Origin: Candidatus Woesebacteria bacterium RIFCSPLOWO2_01_FULL_39_23
Lineage (GTDB): Bacteria; Patescibacteriota; Microgenomatia; UBA8517
Reading direction: 5' to 3'
DNA length: 64,000 nt
NCBI GenBank assembly: GCA_001793095.1
Contig: MGHG01000007.1
Span: 1,306-65,305 of the forward strand
In this document: positions 8,961-17,326 of the stretch, piece after piece
How the letters are laid out: each line of letters starts with the position of its first letter
Position numbering within the stretch: the stretch's first letter is position 1
The notes under the pieces: model-generated
Told to the model about the DNA's origin: nothing
The model's input: the letters and a program-made list of their open reading frames with translations, nothing else
The model's database searches: none
Position numbers and translations under genes: made by a program

Positions 8961-9197
8961 TTAAATTCGATCTTTTAGGAATCTACGCCCGAAGCCTGTT
9001 TTAAAATATTTTTCTCTTTTGATTGCTTTATTCTTATCTAAACAAGCTTCATAATAAACCAATTTGATTGGCAACCGAAATTTAGTTGAACTAACTAGTC
9101 CTAATTTGTGTTTATTTACTCTTTTCTCAAGATCATTACTCCATCCAACATAGCGTTTACCATCTCTTTTACTTAACAGCACATAAGTATAATACAT
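8961..9197 (-). CDS. Small stand-alone GIY-YIG endonuclease
   Basis: YYTYVL...RYVG...KR...H...REKYFK. Confidence 0.92.
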   Translation of the reverse strand: MYYTYVLLSKRDGKRYVGWSNDLEKRVNKHKLGLVSSTKFRLPIKLVYYEACLDKNKAIKREKYFKTGFGRRFLKDRI

Positions 9198-9210
9198 AAA
9201 CGCTTCCTAC

Positions 9211-9282
9211 CCGCCCGCCATCGCAAGCCCTGGCCGCCTCGCACTGCTCAGTAAGCAGGTTGGCTCAGGCGTTGCGGGCAGG
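9211..9282. repeat. GC-rich REP-like nested hairpin
   Basis: CCGCCCGCCATCGC...GCGTTGCGGGCAGG stem enclosing GCC/GGC and CTGCT/AGCAG stems. Confidence 0.65.
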
Positions 9283-9374
9283 CCATTAGACGATCTCCCA
9301 ATACAAAACTCTGGCTAAATTCGATTTTTCAAAAATCTTCTTCCAAAACCCGTCTTAAAATATTTTTCTCTTTG
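9283..9374 (-). pseudogene. Remnant: 3' end of a second GIY-YIG gene plus 5' fragment of tRNA-Gln
   Basis: 28 nt (9286-9313) identical to 8932-8959; adjacent sequence encodes QREKYFKTGFGRRFLKNRI*. Confidence 0.85.
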
Positions 9375-9399
9375 AATTATACCAAAAATGAGGCTGGAG

Positions 9400-10050
9400 T
9401 TACATCGAGGCTTCGAGTTCCAAGTTGGTCAAATTTTTTACTATAAATTTTTGACTTTTCCGAAAGATTAACCCTTTGCTTTGTAGTTTTTCTATGGAGA
9501 TACTTGCAGTTTCTCGTGTAATACCCGCCAAATTTGCGATATCCTGATGCGTAAGGGGAATATCAATGAGAACATTTTTATTTTTGAAACTCTTCCCGAA
9601 TCTTTTAGCAGAAACTATAAATGCTGAGGCGACCCGTTTATATGCGTTACCGTAAAGTAGCTGTTGGGTAGTTGATAAAAGTCCATCCATGCCGACCAAA
9701 AGGCGCCTAGTCAAATCATACAAAACATCCGGGTTGTCGTTGATGAATTTTAGTGCATCTCCTCTTGTGGCTTTAAAAACTTCAGTTGAAGTCATAGCCT
9801 GATAAAAGTAAGCATTATCCGAATCAGCGATTGCCCATAACATTGGGAAGAATGCACCTTGTTTAAAAATATTAACAGTCAGCTCTGACCCGTTTTCGAA
9901 AATAGACGCCATTTTTACGTAGCCGTTTATCATATAAAAAACTCCAGGCGGTTCTTCCTCGGCTCTTATCAATATTTCACCTCGTTTATATGACTGAAGA
10001 ACGTGTTTAGAGAAAAAACCCAGTAATTTTTGATTAATATCTTTATCCAT
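9400..10050 (-). CDS. Crp/Fnr family transcriptional regulator
   Basis: cNMP-binding fold plus HTH LTHQDIANLAGITRETAS. Confidence 0.93.
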   Translation of the reverse strand: MDKDINQKLLGFFSKHVLQSYKRGEILIRAEEEPPGVFYMINGYVKMASIFENGSELTVNIFKQGAFFPMLWAIADSDNAYFYQAMTSTEVFKATRGDALKFINDNPDVLYDLTRRLLVGMDGLLSTTQQLLYGNAYKRVASAFIVSAKRFGKSFKNKNVLIDIPLTHQDIANLAGITRETASISIEKLQSKGLIFRKSQKFIVKNLTNLELEASM

Positions 10051-10058
10051 TTTAGTTA

Positions 10059-10074
10059 AGTTAGAAATCTAACT
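10059..10074. promoter_or_regulatory. Crp/Fnr-like palindrome AGTTA-N6-TAACT
   Basis: AGTTAGAAATCTAACT just upstream of the Crp/Fnr gene; 15/16 match at 19426-19441. Confidence 0.55.
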
Positions 10075-10157
10075 GAATCACTATTTTGCCTATTTTAAAA
10101 TGCTTTTATTAATAATGCAAAGCGTTCTAATCCATGAGATCAGATTATATTAGGTTG

Positions 10158-10251
10158 GGCCACAATTTGATAGTCTAGGACACCAAATGTGGTCACGTGA
10201 GATGTCTACGATGAAATCGGGACTATCTCACCGTGAGAGGTGGTGATTTTT
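10158..10251 (+). promoter_or_regulatory. Twin-hairpin structured leader motif, copy A
   Basis: Homologous to 19288-19375 (minus strand) with compensatory stem changes; ends at SD and ATG 10252. Confidence 0.7.
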
Positions 10252-10635
10252 ATGATTAAAATATTAGAGAGTTTAACATTATTTAGTGAAAATGCGAAGC
10301 AATTGGCGCATTTTTATCAGGATAAAGTCGGTTTAAAAATTACTGCCGAGGCGGTTTTCGGCGAAAATGACGAAGAATACTATGAACTAGAAGCCGGTGA
10401 CGGCACCCCCATCTATATCATTGATCACTCGGAAATCAAAGGAAAAAACAAAGACCCAAAAAGATTTCTTTTTAACCTGGAAGTTGACGATATTAAAAAA
10501 GCGTTTAAGAAATTAAAAAAAGCGGGGGTGAAAAAAATTGCCGACGTCTATCATATGCAGGAGTACGGCTATATAGCGACGTTTGCGGATGTGGACGGTA
10601 ATTATTTTCAGATTGTTCAGATACGTCCAAGTTAA
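10252..10635 (+). CDS. VOC/glyoxalase family protein
   Basis: AHFYQDKVGL, FNLEVDDI, FADVDGNYFQI; ATG 10252 follows SD GGTGGTGA. Confidence 0.88.
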   Translation: MIKILESLTLFSENAKQLAHFYQDKVGLKITAEAVFGENDEEYYELEAGDGTPIYIIDHSEIKGKNKDPKRFLFNLEVDDIKKAFKKLKKAGVKKIADVYHMQEYGYIATFADVDGNYFQIVQIRPS

Positions 10636-10683
10636 AAACTGAGCCTCTTCTTTGTCGACTATACTGTTAATATTGTATTTAGC

Positions 10684-11874
10684 GTGAAAAAAATATTTAC
10701 TTATATTTTCCTGGTAGTTGTCTTTTTGGTGGTTATAGTCCTTATCGCAGCAAAATATTTAAATTTAGACAGAAAGACTACAATCTCATTAATTGAACCG
10801 AGTCGAAATAATGATTTAAAGAAATTACCCCAGGGATCAACTTTAGATAAACCTCTTAATATACCGGCGGACTTCAAAATGGCAATTTATGCAGATTTGA
10901 AGAGTGCATCCCCGAGAGTATTGGAATTTGACATGAACGGAGTACTTTTAGCGTCAATTCCCGGTGAGGGTAAAATTGTTGCATTACCCGATAGAAACGC
11001 GGACGGCATTGCTGACGGGGAAAATGTAGTTATTAATGGCTTGAATAGACCTCACGGCATGGCATTTAACAATGATTTTTTCTATGTTGCGGAAACGGAT
11101 AAAGTCGTTAGATATAAATATGATCCAATAAAATTTAAAGTAAGTGAAGGAAAAATACTATTTACTTTACCGGGGGGAGGTCGACATTTTACTCGAACAC
11201 TAAAAGTACTCGGGGACAAATTGTATACATCTGTCGGTTCATCTTGCGATACATGTGTGGAATCTGACGACAAAAGAGCGGCCATTCTAGTATCGGATTT
11301 GGACGGAGGCAATTTAAAGGTTTTTGCACAAGGCTTAAGAAATACAGTATTTTTTGCATTTGATCCTTCGGCAAGCTCAGGACAAGTAAGAATATGGGGA
11401 AATGATATGGGAAGAGATTTTTTGGGCGACGATCTTCCTCCTGATGAACTGAATATTGTTTCCGAAGGAAAAGATTACGGTTGGCCTTACTGTTACGGGG
11501 ACCGTATTAGAGACGCTAAATTTATGAATGACAAAGAACCCGACTACTGTCAACATACAGAGAAAGCACAGGTTTTTTATCCTGCTCATGTTGCCCCACT
11601 CGGAATTGTCTTTATTACATCCGACTTATTTCCTAAAGATGACTGGGGAAAAATTTTAGTTGCTTTTCACGGATCATGGAACAGAAGCAGCGCTGTTGGA
11701 TACAAAATAGTTAAAATAGACCCTGATACAGGCAGATTGGAAAATTTTATAACTGGGTGGCTAAATGCAAAGGGAAGTGTGTTAGGCAGACCGGTTGATT
11801 TGATATTTGCTAATAACGGAGTACTTTATATTTCAGATGATAAAGCTAATTTAATATATATCTTGACTAAATAA
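10684..11874 (+). CDS. PQQ-dependent sugar / sorbosone dehydrogenase family beta-propeller
   Basis: LNRPHG, SVGSSCDTC, GLRN, DYGWPYC, FHGSWNR, GRPVD. Confidence 0.88.
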   Translation: MKKIFTYIFLVVVFLVVIVLIAAKYLNLDRKTTISLIEPSRNNDLKKLPQGSTLDKPLNIPADFKMAIYADLKSASPRVLEFDMNGVLLASIPGEGKIVALPDRNADGIADGENVVINGLNRPHGMAFNNDFFYVAETDKVVRYKYDPIKFKVSEGKILFTLPGGGRHFTRTLKVLGDKLYTSVGSSCDTCVESDDKRAAILVSDLDGGNLKVFAQGLRNTVFFAFDPSASSGQVRIWGNDMGRDFLGDDLPPDELNIVSEGKDYGWPYCYGDRIRDAKFMNDKEPDYCQHTEKAQVFYPAHVAPLGIVFITSDLFPKDDWGKILVAFHGSWNRSSAVGYKIVKIDPDTGRLENFITGWLNAKGSVLGRPVDLIFANNGVLYISDDKANLIYILTK

Positions 11875-11925
11875 CCCTTTGAGTAAAATCTGCTACACTA
11901 GAAGCGAGATCTATGCCTTGCTAGT

Positions 11926-12666
11926 ATGAATATTTTTTGGGCGGTTTTTTTGGGTATTGTTCAGGGGTTAACTGAGTTTATTCCCGTTTCCTCCTCCGGC
12001 CATTTAGTTTTATTTCAAAATCTTATTCCGGGTTTTAACCAACCGGGAATTTTATTCGATGTTATTCTTCACCTCGCAACACTGACCGCGGTTTTTTATT
12101 TTTTCCGAAAAACATTAATGATGATCAGTAAAAAGTATATTTTACTTCTCGGTGTCGGGACTATACCAGCAGCACTAGCAGGGTATTTTTTTCATAAACA
12201 ATTTGTAGCACTCTTTGGCAGCATCAATGCTCTGGGGATAGAGTTTTTAATTACGGGATTATTAAATATGTTGGTTGATAGTGCTAAAACAGTCAAAAAA
12301 ACCATATCCTTGCCAGATTCTTTTGCAATCGGTATTGCACAGGCAATTGCAATTATTCCCGGAATTTCGCGCTCAGGTGCCACTATTTTTACGGGAGTTA
12401 AGCTGGGTATTGATCGCGAAAAAGTAGCAGAATTTTCGTTTTTATTGTCTATTCCCGCGATACTGGGTGCGAATATTTTGCAGCTTATTGATTATCAATC
12501 CGATGCAATAATTCATCCGAGCTATTATCTTGTGGGATTTATGTCAGCGTTGATTACCGGTTATCTCTCAATCGGAGTCGTTTATAAATTTATTCGTGAG
12601 AGAAAATTTCGATTATTCGGAGTTTACTGTATCCTCTTGGGGTTTCTTACGATTATTGTTCTTTGA
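11926..12666 (+). CDS. uppP: Undecaprenyl-diphosphate phosphatase
   Basis: VQGLTEFIPVSSSGH and PGISRSGAT motifs. Confidence 0.96.
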   Translation: MNIFWAVFLGIVQGLTEFIPVSSSGHLVLFQNLIPGFNQPGILFDVILHLATLTAVFYFFRKTLMMISKKYILLLGVGTIPAALAGYFFHKQFVALFGSINALGIEFLITGLLNMLVDSAKTVKKTISLPDSFAIGIAQAIAIIPGISRSGATIFTGVKLGIDREKVAEFSFLLSIPAILGANILQLIDYQSDAIIHPSYYLVGFMSALITGYLSIGVVYKFIRERKFRLFGVYCILLGFLTIIVL

Positions 12667-13035
12667 TCATTTGAGGATAAGAATAATTTTCGGCAGGAAG
12701 AGAACCGATCCTATTATTACCGATATTAATGCGGCCAGTAATACACATGCGGCAGAAACGTCCTTGGCAATTTTTGCAAATGGGCTCATCTCAGGCGAGA
12801 CTAAATCCACAAAAGCTTCCATGACAGTATTTAAAAGCTCAAGTGTGATGACGTAAAAAATTGTAAATAAAAGAAGTAACCATTCCAGGTAGCTAAGCTT
12901 CAGTATTAATCCTGTCAAGAGTGCAAGTGTACCTGCAACAATATGTATTTTTAAATTTGGTTCGGATTTAATCGCCGTTTTAAGACCAGTTATAGCGTAT
13001 GCAAAACTTCGGATTGTGGAATGCCTGATACCCAT
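12667..13035 (-). CDS. dgkA: Diacylglycerol/undecaprenol kinase
   Basis: SFAYAITG, ELLNTVMEAFVD, AKIAKDVSAA. Confidence 0.92.
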   Translation of the reverse strand: MGIRHSTIRSFAYAITGLKTAIKSEPNLKIHIVAGTLALLTGLILKLSYLEWLLLLFTIFYVITLELLNTVMEAFVDLVSPEMSPFAKIAKDVSAACVLLAALISVIIGSVLFLPKIILILK

Positions 13036-13104
13036 ATTAGTAGTCTAAGTTTAAGTCGGCGCAAATGCAAATTGCCATTTTCGGGTTGTTGTATACTTTA
13101 AATT

Positions 13105-13602
13105 ATGAATCCAATTATTATTTATAGTGAAAATAGTTTGTATCTGACTTTTATTACCTTTCTCGGAAGCTTCTTGATATGGTTCATGTTTGCCGGGCTT
13201 ATCTTTTTATGGGTAATAGACGGACGGATTAAAAAAGAAGTTGTTCTCCATGCCTTAACTGCTTGTCTAATTTCTTGGTTGATGGTATTGGTAATTAAAA
13301 GTTTATTACCGCATGCACGGCCTTTTGAGGTAAACGGCCGCTTGCCTTTGACTTTTACCATTCCGACTCCCGAAACTTCGTTCCCGTCTGCGCATTCCAC
13401 TGTCGCTTTTGCAATAGCAGCAAGTATTTGGTTACACAAGAAGAAACTTGGTATTTGGTTTATCGCTCTTGCTATATTAGTTGCCATGGGCAGGGTAGCA
13501 ACAAATGTCCATTATATGATCGATGTAGTAAGCGGGGGATTTGTCGGAGTGGGAACTGCATATTTAGTCAAAAAACTTCATGTATTTAAGCTTTTGGGAT
13601 AG
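13105..13602 (+). CDS. PAP2 family phosphatase (BcrC-like)
   Basis: K..LPHARP, SFPSAH, GRVATNVHYMID. Confidence 0.9.
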   Translation: MNPIIIYSENSLYLTFITFLGSFLIWFMFAGLIFLWVIDGRIKKEVVLHALTACLISWLMVLVIKSLLPHARPFEVNGRLPLTFTIPTPETSFPSAHSTVAFAIAASIWLHKKKLGIWFIALAILVAMGRVATNVHYMIDVVSGGFVGVGTAYLVKKLHVFKLLG

Positions 13603-13611
13603 TTTCGAGTC

Positions 13612-13645
13612 TTGACAATTAGCAGATAAATGTTTAGACTGCTAA
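13612..13645 (+). promoter_or_regulatory. lon promoter with CIRCE-like (HrcA) inverted repeat
   Basis: TTGACA-17-TAGACT overlapped by TTAGCAGAT-N9-GACTGCTAA (consensus TTAGCACTC-N9-GAGTGCTAA). Confidence 0.75.
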
Positions 13646-13659
13646 AATACTAAATATCA

Positions 13660-16098
13660 ATGGAAAATCAGGTAACTAAAAATTTAAGAAGAATTCCCAT
13701 TGTCCCTATCCGGGGATCCGTTGTCTTTCCGCACACAGACGCTGTCTTGACCTTTGGCAGGAAAAAAAGTGTTGCCGCAATAAATAGCGCTTTTCAGGAA
13801 GATAAGGTTGTTGCGATATTTACACAAAAAGATCCGAGAATGGCTGAGCCTGGACAGGTTGATTTATACAAAGTTGGAACAATCGCGGTTATTACCCAGA
13901 TGATGTCGACAGAAGGTGAAATTCACGCAGTCGTTAAGGGACAAGTTAGAGTTAAGTTGGCTGAGATTATTTCACAGGAACCTTTTCTCGTGGGCATGGT
14001 CGAAGAAATTCCAGAGGAGTCTCCCCTAACCGATGAGGTAAAAGCACTGTCGAATAATCTCATTGAGCTCTTTAAGAAAGCGATTAATTTGGGAAAACAG
14101 GCTGAAATAATGACGGTTATGAATTTGGTTTCGGGTCAGCCCGAGGCATACCAGGTTGCCGACCAAGTGGCATCGCTTCTCGATATTAAAACTAGTGAAA
14201 AACAGCGACTCCTCGAAACCGTTCCAATGAAGAAACGCATTGATAAAATCCTTGAATATCTCGCACACGAGGTTAACGTCCTCGAGCTTGAGAAGACTAT
14301 TTCGACTAAAACCCAGCATAGATTTGAAGACCAAATGAGGAAAGCCATGCTTCGGGAAAAAAAGAAAACAATTGAAGAAGAGCTGGGTGAAGAAGAGCTG
14401 GGAGATTTATCTTCTGAAGAGGTTAAAACATATAGAAAGAAAATTAAGGCAGCAAGCATGCCCAGAGATGTTGAAGAAAAAGCCAGGAAGGAATTAGCCA
14501 GACTGATTCAGATGTCTCCCCACAACCCGGAGGGAGGCTACATCAGAAATTATTTAGATTGGCTGTGCGATATGCCTTGGAGTAAATTATCGCCCAACGA
14601 TGTGTCAATAAAACGTGCAGCAAAAATACTTGAAGATGATCATTATGGCTTAGATAAAGCAAAAGAAAGAATTTTGGAATATTTAGCCGTAATGAAAGTT
14701 AAAAGAGGATCTACCAAGAAATTGTTAAAAAGCGGAGATAAAGATGAAAGTCAACCGACAATTCTTTGTTTTATCGGCCCACCCGGAGTAGGTAAAACCT
14801 CAATCGGTAAATCGATAGCCAAAGCTTTAAAGAGAAAATTTGTTCGGGTTTCGCTTGGCGGTATTAGAGATGAAGCAGAAATAAGAGGTCATAGACGAAC
14901 CTATGTCGGAGCTCTTCCGGGGCGAGTTATTCAGGGGATTAAAAATGCTGGCACGAAAAATCCAGTCTTCATGCTCGACGAGATAGACAAATTGGGCGTC
15001 GATTTCAGAGGTGACCCGTCATCGGCACTCCTTGAAGCGCTTGATCCTGAGCAAAATAAGGAATTTTCAGATCACTATTTAGAAGTGCCGTTTGATCTGT
15101 CGCACGTCATGTTTATTGCTACAGGAAATGTTATGGAGAGTATTCCGGCTGCCCTAAAAGACAGAATGGAGATAATTAATTTCCCGGGTTATACGCAGGA
15201 TGAAAAGTTTAATATTGCCAAAAAGTTTTTATGGCCGAAACAACTTAGGCTGCATGGTCTGGCAGGAGAAAAACTTCAGATAAGTGATGCGGCTCTGAAT
15301 GAGATAATTGTTCGCTACACGAGAGAGGCGGGGGTAAGAAATCTGGAGAGAAATCTGGCAACAATTTGCCGAAAGGTTGCACGTTTTGTCGCCGAAAAGA
15401 AAAAGTTTTCTTTGACCTTAGACCTGCCCGAAGTCAGAAAGTTTCTCGGTCCTCAGAAATTTTCGTCATTAATTGCAGAGAAAAATGACGAAGTCGGTAT
15501 GGCAACGGGACTTGCGGTAACTGCGGCCGGAGGAGAGATTTTGTTTATCGAGGTAGCTTTAATGCCTGGTCGCGGTAAGCTTACCTTAACGGGACAGCTG
15601 GGCGATGTCATGAAAGAATCTGCCAAGGCAGCGTTTACGTGGGCTAAGGCTCACTGGAAAGAGTTGGGGCTAAAAGAAACTTTTGGTAATCGCATGGACG
15701 TACATATCCACGTTCCTGAAGGGGCTGTTCCGAAGGACGGGCCGTCGGCCGGAATTGCAATCACAACTGCACTAGTATCTGCTCTGACAGGAATACCGGT
15801 AAAAAGATATGTTGGGATGACGGGGGAAATAACACTTCGCGGCAGAGTGCTGGAGATTGGTGGCGTGAAAGAAAAAGTAATTGCGGGCCATTTAGCCGGA
15901 CTTAAAACAATTATTCTTCCGAAAGATAACGAAAAAGATATGGAAGACGTTCCCAAAAAAGTCAAAAAAGATATCAAGTTTATCTTTGCTGAACGCTACG
16001 ACGAGGTTTTGAAAATAGCTCTTAAAAAACTTCCGGAACCTAAAATTGAACAAGTTAAGAAAAGAGTTCCGTCTCCGAGCTACATTGCCACAGTTTAA
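13660..16098 (+). CDS. lon: Lon protease
   Basis: GPPGVGKTS, RGHRRTYVGA, PKDGPSAG. Confidence 0.98.
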   Translation: MENQVTKNLRRIPIVPIRGSVVFPHTDAVLTFGRKKSVAAINSAFQEDKVVAIFTQKDPRMAEPGQVDLYKVGTIAVITQMMSTEGEIHAVVKGQVRVKLAEIISQEPFLVGMVEEIPEESPLTDEVKALSNNLIELFKKAINLGKQAEIMTVMNLVSGQPEAYQVADQVASLLDIKTSEKQRLLETVPMKKRIDKILEYLAHEVNVLELEKTISTKTQHRFEDQMRKAMLREKKKTIEEELGEEELGDLSSEEVKTYRKKIKAASMPRDVEEKARKELARLIQMSPHNPEGGYIRNYLDWLCDMPWSKLSPNDVSIKRAAKILEDDHYGLDKAKERILEYLAVMKVKRGSTKKLLKSGDKDESQPTILCFIGPPGVGKTSIGKSIAKALKRKFVRVSLGGIRDEAEIRGHRRTYVGALPGRVIQGIKNAGTKNPVFMLDEIDKLGVDFRGDPSSALLEALDPEQNKEFSDHYLEVPFDLSHVMFIATGNVMESIPAALKDRMEIINFPGYTQDEKFNIAKKFLWPKQLRLHGLAGEKLQISDAALNEIIVRYTREAGVRNLERNLATICRKVARFVAEKKKFSLTLDLPEVRKFLGPQKFSSLIAEKNDEVGMATGLAVTAAGGEILFIEVALMPGRGKLTLTGQLGDVMKESAKAAFTWAKAHWKELGLKETFGNRMDVHIHVPEGAVPKDGPSAGIAITTALVSALTGIPVKRYVGMTGEITLRGRVLEIGGVKEKVIAGHLAGLKTIILPKDNEKDMEDVPKKVKKDIKFIFAERYDEVLKIALKKLPEPKIEQVKKRVPSPSYIATV

Positions 16099-16137
16099 CA
16101 ACTAGCGGACTCTCGAAAAAAAGTGATATACTGCTAT

Positions 16138-16350
16138 ATGGTAGTAGAAATTACTCCTGCCAGATCTTCACAGTACGGGACAACTACAGGTGAACGTAAA
16201 ATGGGACATATTAATCGATGCATTACGAGTATGCGTCTCCGGGGTTTTGTTTTTGATCGGTTAAAACACCGTTTTATTAAAATTCAACCTGTTGGCGATA
16301 GATCCGATGTAAGTAAGGAAGAATCCGAACCGCCAATTAGTATTAATTAA
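16138..16350 (+). CDS. Small orphan protein
   Basis: ATG 5 nt after a TATACT -10 box. Confidence 0.45.
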   Translation: MVVEITPARSSQYGTTTGERKMGHINRCITSMRLRGFVFDRLKHRFIKIQPVGDRSDVSKEESEPPISIN

Positions 16351-16430
16351 ATCAAGATATGTGACCAGGCTTTAGTCTGAACCTGCTAGCAGTATACACG
16401 CGTCTGTGATGGCTTCACGTATCCGGGATT
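16350..16430 (+). ncRNA. Possible structured RNA, unassigned
   Basis: GATATGTGA/TCACGTATC closing stem, internal CAGG/CCTG stem. Confidence 0.25.
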
Positions 16431-16553
16431 ATTTAATTTAATCTACTGAAACCCACGGTTTTGTTGTCTTTTAGCTTCAATTAAAGTAAAATTGTAGTAG
16501 TCAATCTTATTGAAGTGACGCCGTTGTCAAAAGTTAGTAAATCGAGAAAAAGA

Positions 16554-16626
16554 GGCCCCATCGTCTAGTGGCTTAGGACGTCAGGTTCTCATCCTGAAAA
16601 CTCGGGTTCGACTCCCGGTGGGGTCA
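16554..16626 (+). tRNA. tRNA-Glu(CTC), CCA not fully encoded
   Basis: GGCCCCA/TGGGGTC acceptor stem, TCAGG-TTCTCAT-CCTGA, GGTTCGACTCC; followed by CCG. Confidence 0.96.
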
Positions 16627-16700
16627 CCGACCTACGCTAAAGCTTCGGCCGGCAGGCTAATATAAATAAAGGTCGTCGTCCGAAGCCTTGGCGAAGGATG
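16627..16700. repeat. Pair of REP-like imperfect hairpins between tRNA and GIY-YIG gene
   Basis: CCGACCTACGCTAAAGCTTCGGCCGG and GTCGTCCGAAGCCTTGGCGAAGGATGA are approximately inverted copies. Confidence 0.65.
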
Positions 16701-16705
16701 AAAGT

Positions 16706-16942
16706 ATGCATTATGTCTACATACTGAAATTAAGTAATAACTCAAACTATGTAGGCCAAACATCTGATCTCAAAAATAGAATCAAAGATCACAACAAAGG
16801 AAATACAAATCACACCAAGAAATTCTTACCTGTTAAATTAATTTTCTATTGTGCTTTTGAATCAAAAAAGAAAGCATTAAATTTCGAAAAATATCTCAAA
16901 TCAGGGTCTGGAAAAGCATTTAAGAAAAAAAGATTAATATAA
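16706..16942 (+). CDS. Small stand-alone GIY-YIG endonuclease
   Basis: MHYVYIL...NYVGQTSDLKNRIKDHN...FEKYLKSGSG. Confidence 0.92.
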   Translation: MHYVYILKLSNNSNYVGQTSDLKNRIKDHNKGNTNHTKKFLPVKLIFYCAFESKKKALNFEKYLKSGSGKAFKKKRLI

Positions 16943-17143
16943 AAGTGCAGGATTCATGAGGTTAAACTTTCTAAAATTAGTAATCTACTTCATATTTTGA
17001 GGCTAATTCCGTTTGAATCCGAGCGAGGTGTTTCTATCAAATGTTATTAGTTAAAGTATATCAATTTTGATAAACTACGATTATGGTAGAAGAAGAAAGA
17101 CAGAAGCTGGGTACTTGCGTCATTATTGTTAATTCTAAAAATG

Positions 17144-17279
17144 AAGTTCTACTGGGTGAACGCTTATCTGTACATGTCCTGCGTGACCATGGTAATTTGC
17201 GAGTTTGAAATAAGGGAACCTTGGCACTGCTTCGCATTGTAAGGGAACCTTGGCCGAGTCAGACTCAGTAAAATAACTT
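17144..17279 (+). ncRNA. Candidate rod-shaped ncRNA (6S-like?)
   Basis: AAGTT/AACTT and ACTGGGT/ACTCAGT closing stems, inner CCATGGT/ACCTTGG stem, 15-nt direct repeat TAAGGGAACCTTGGC. Confidence 0.35.
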
Positions 17280-17326
17280 TGTGAATTGAATAAGTCGGTG
17301 AGTTTATTTGGTGTTATACTTCTTGT

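Noticed and set aside
8873-9300. Group I intron in tRNA-Gln encoding a homing endonuclease
   Set aside because: The tRNA is intact and contiguous, the insert is short, and no group I core was recognised
10158-10251. Integron attC site
   Set aside because: Extrahelical bases are suggestive, but the RYYYAAC/GTTRRRY boxes are absent, the motif lies upstream of genes, and no integron integrase is in the window
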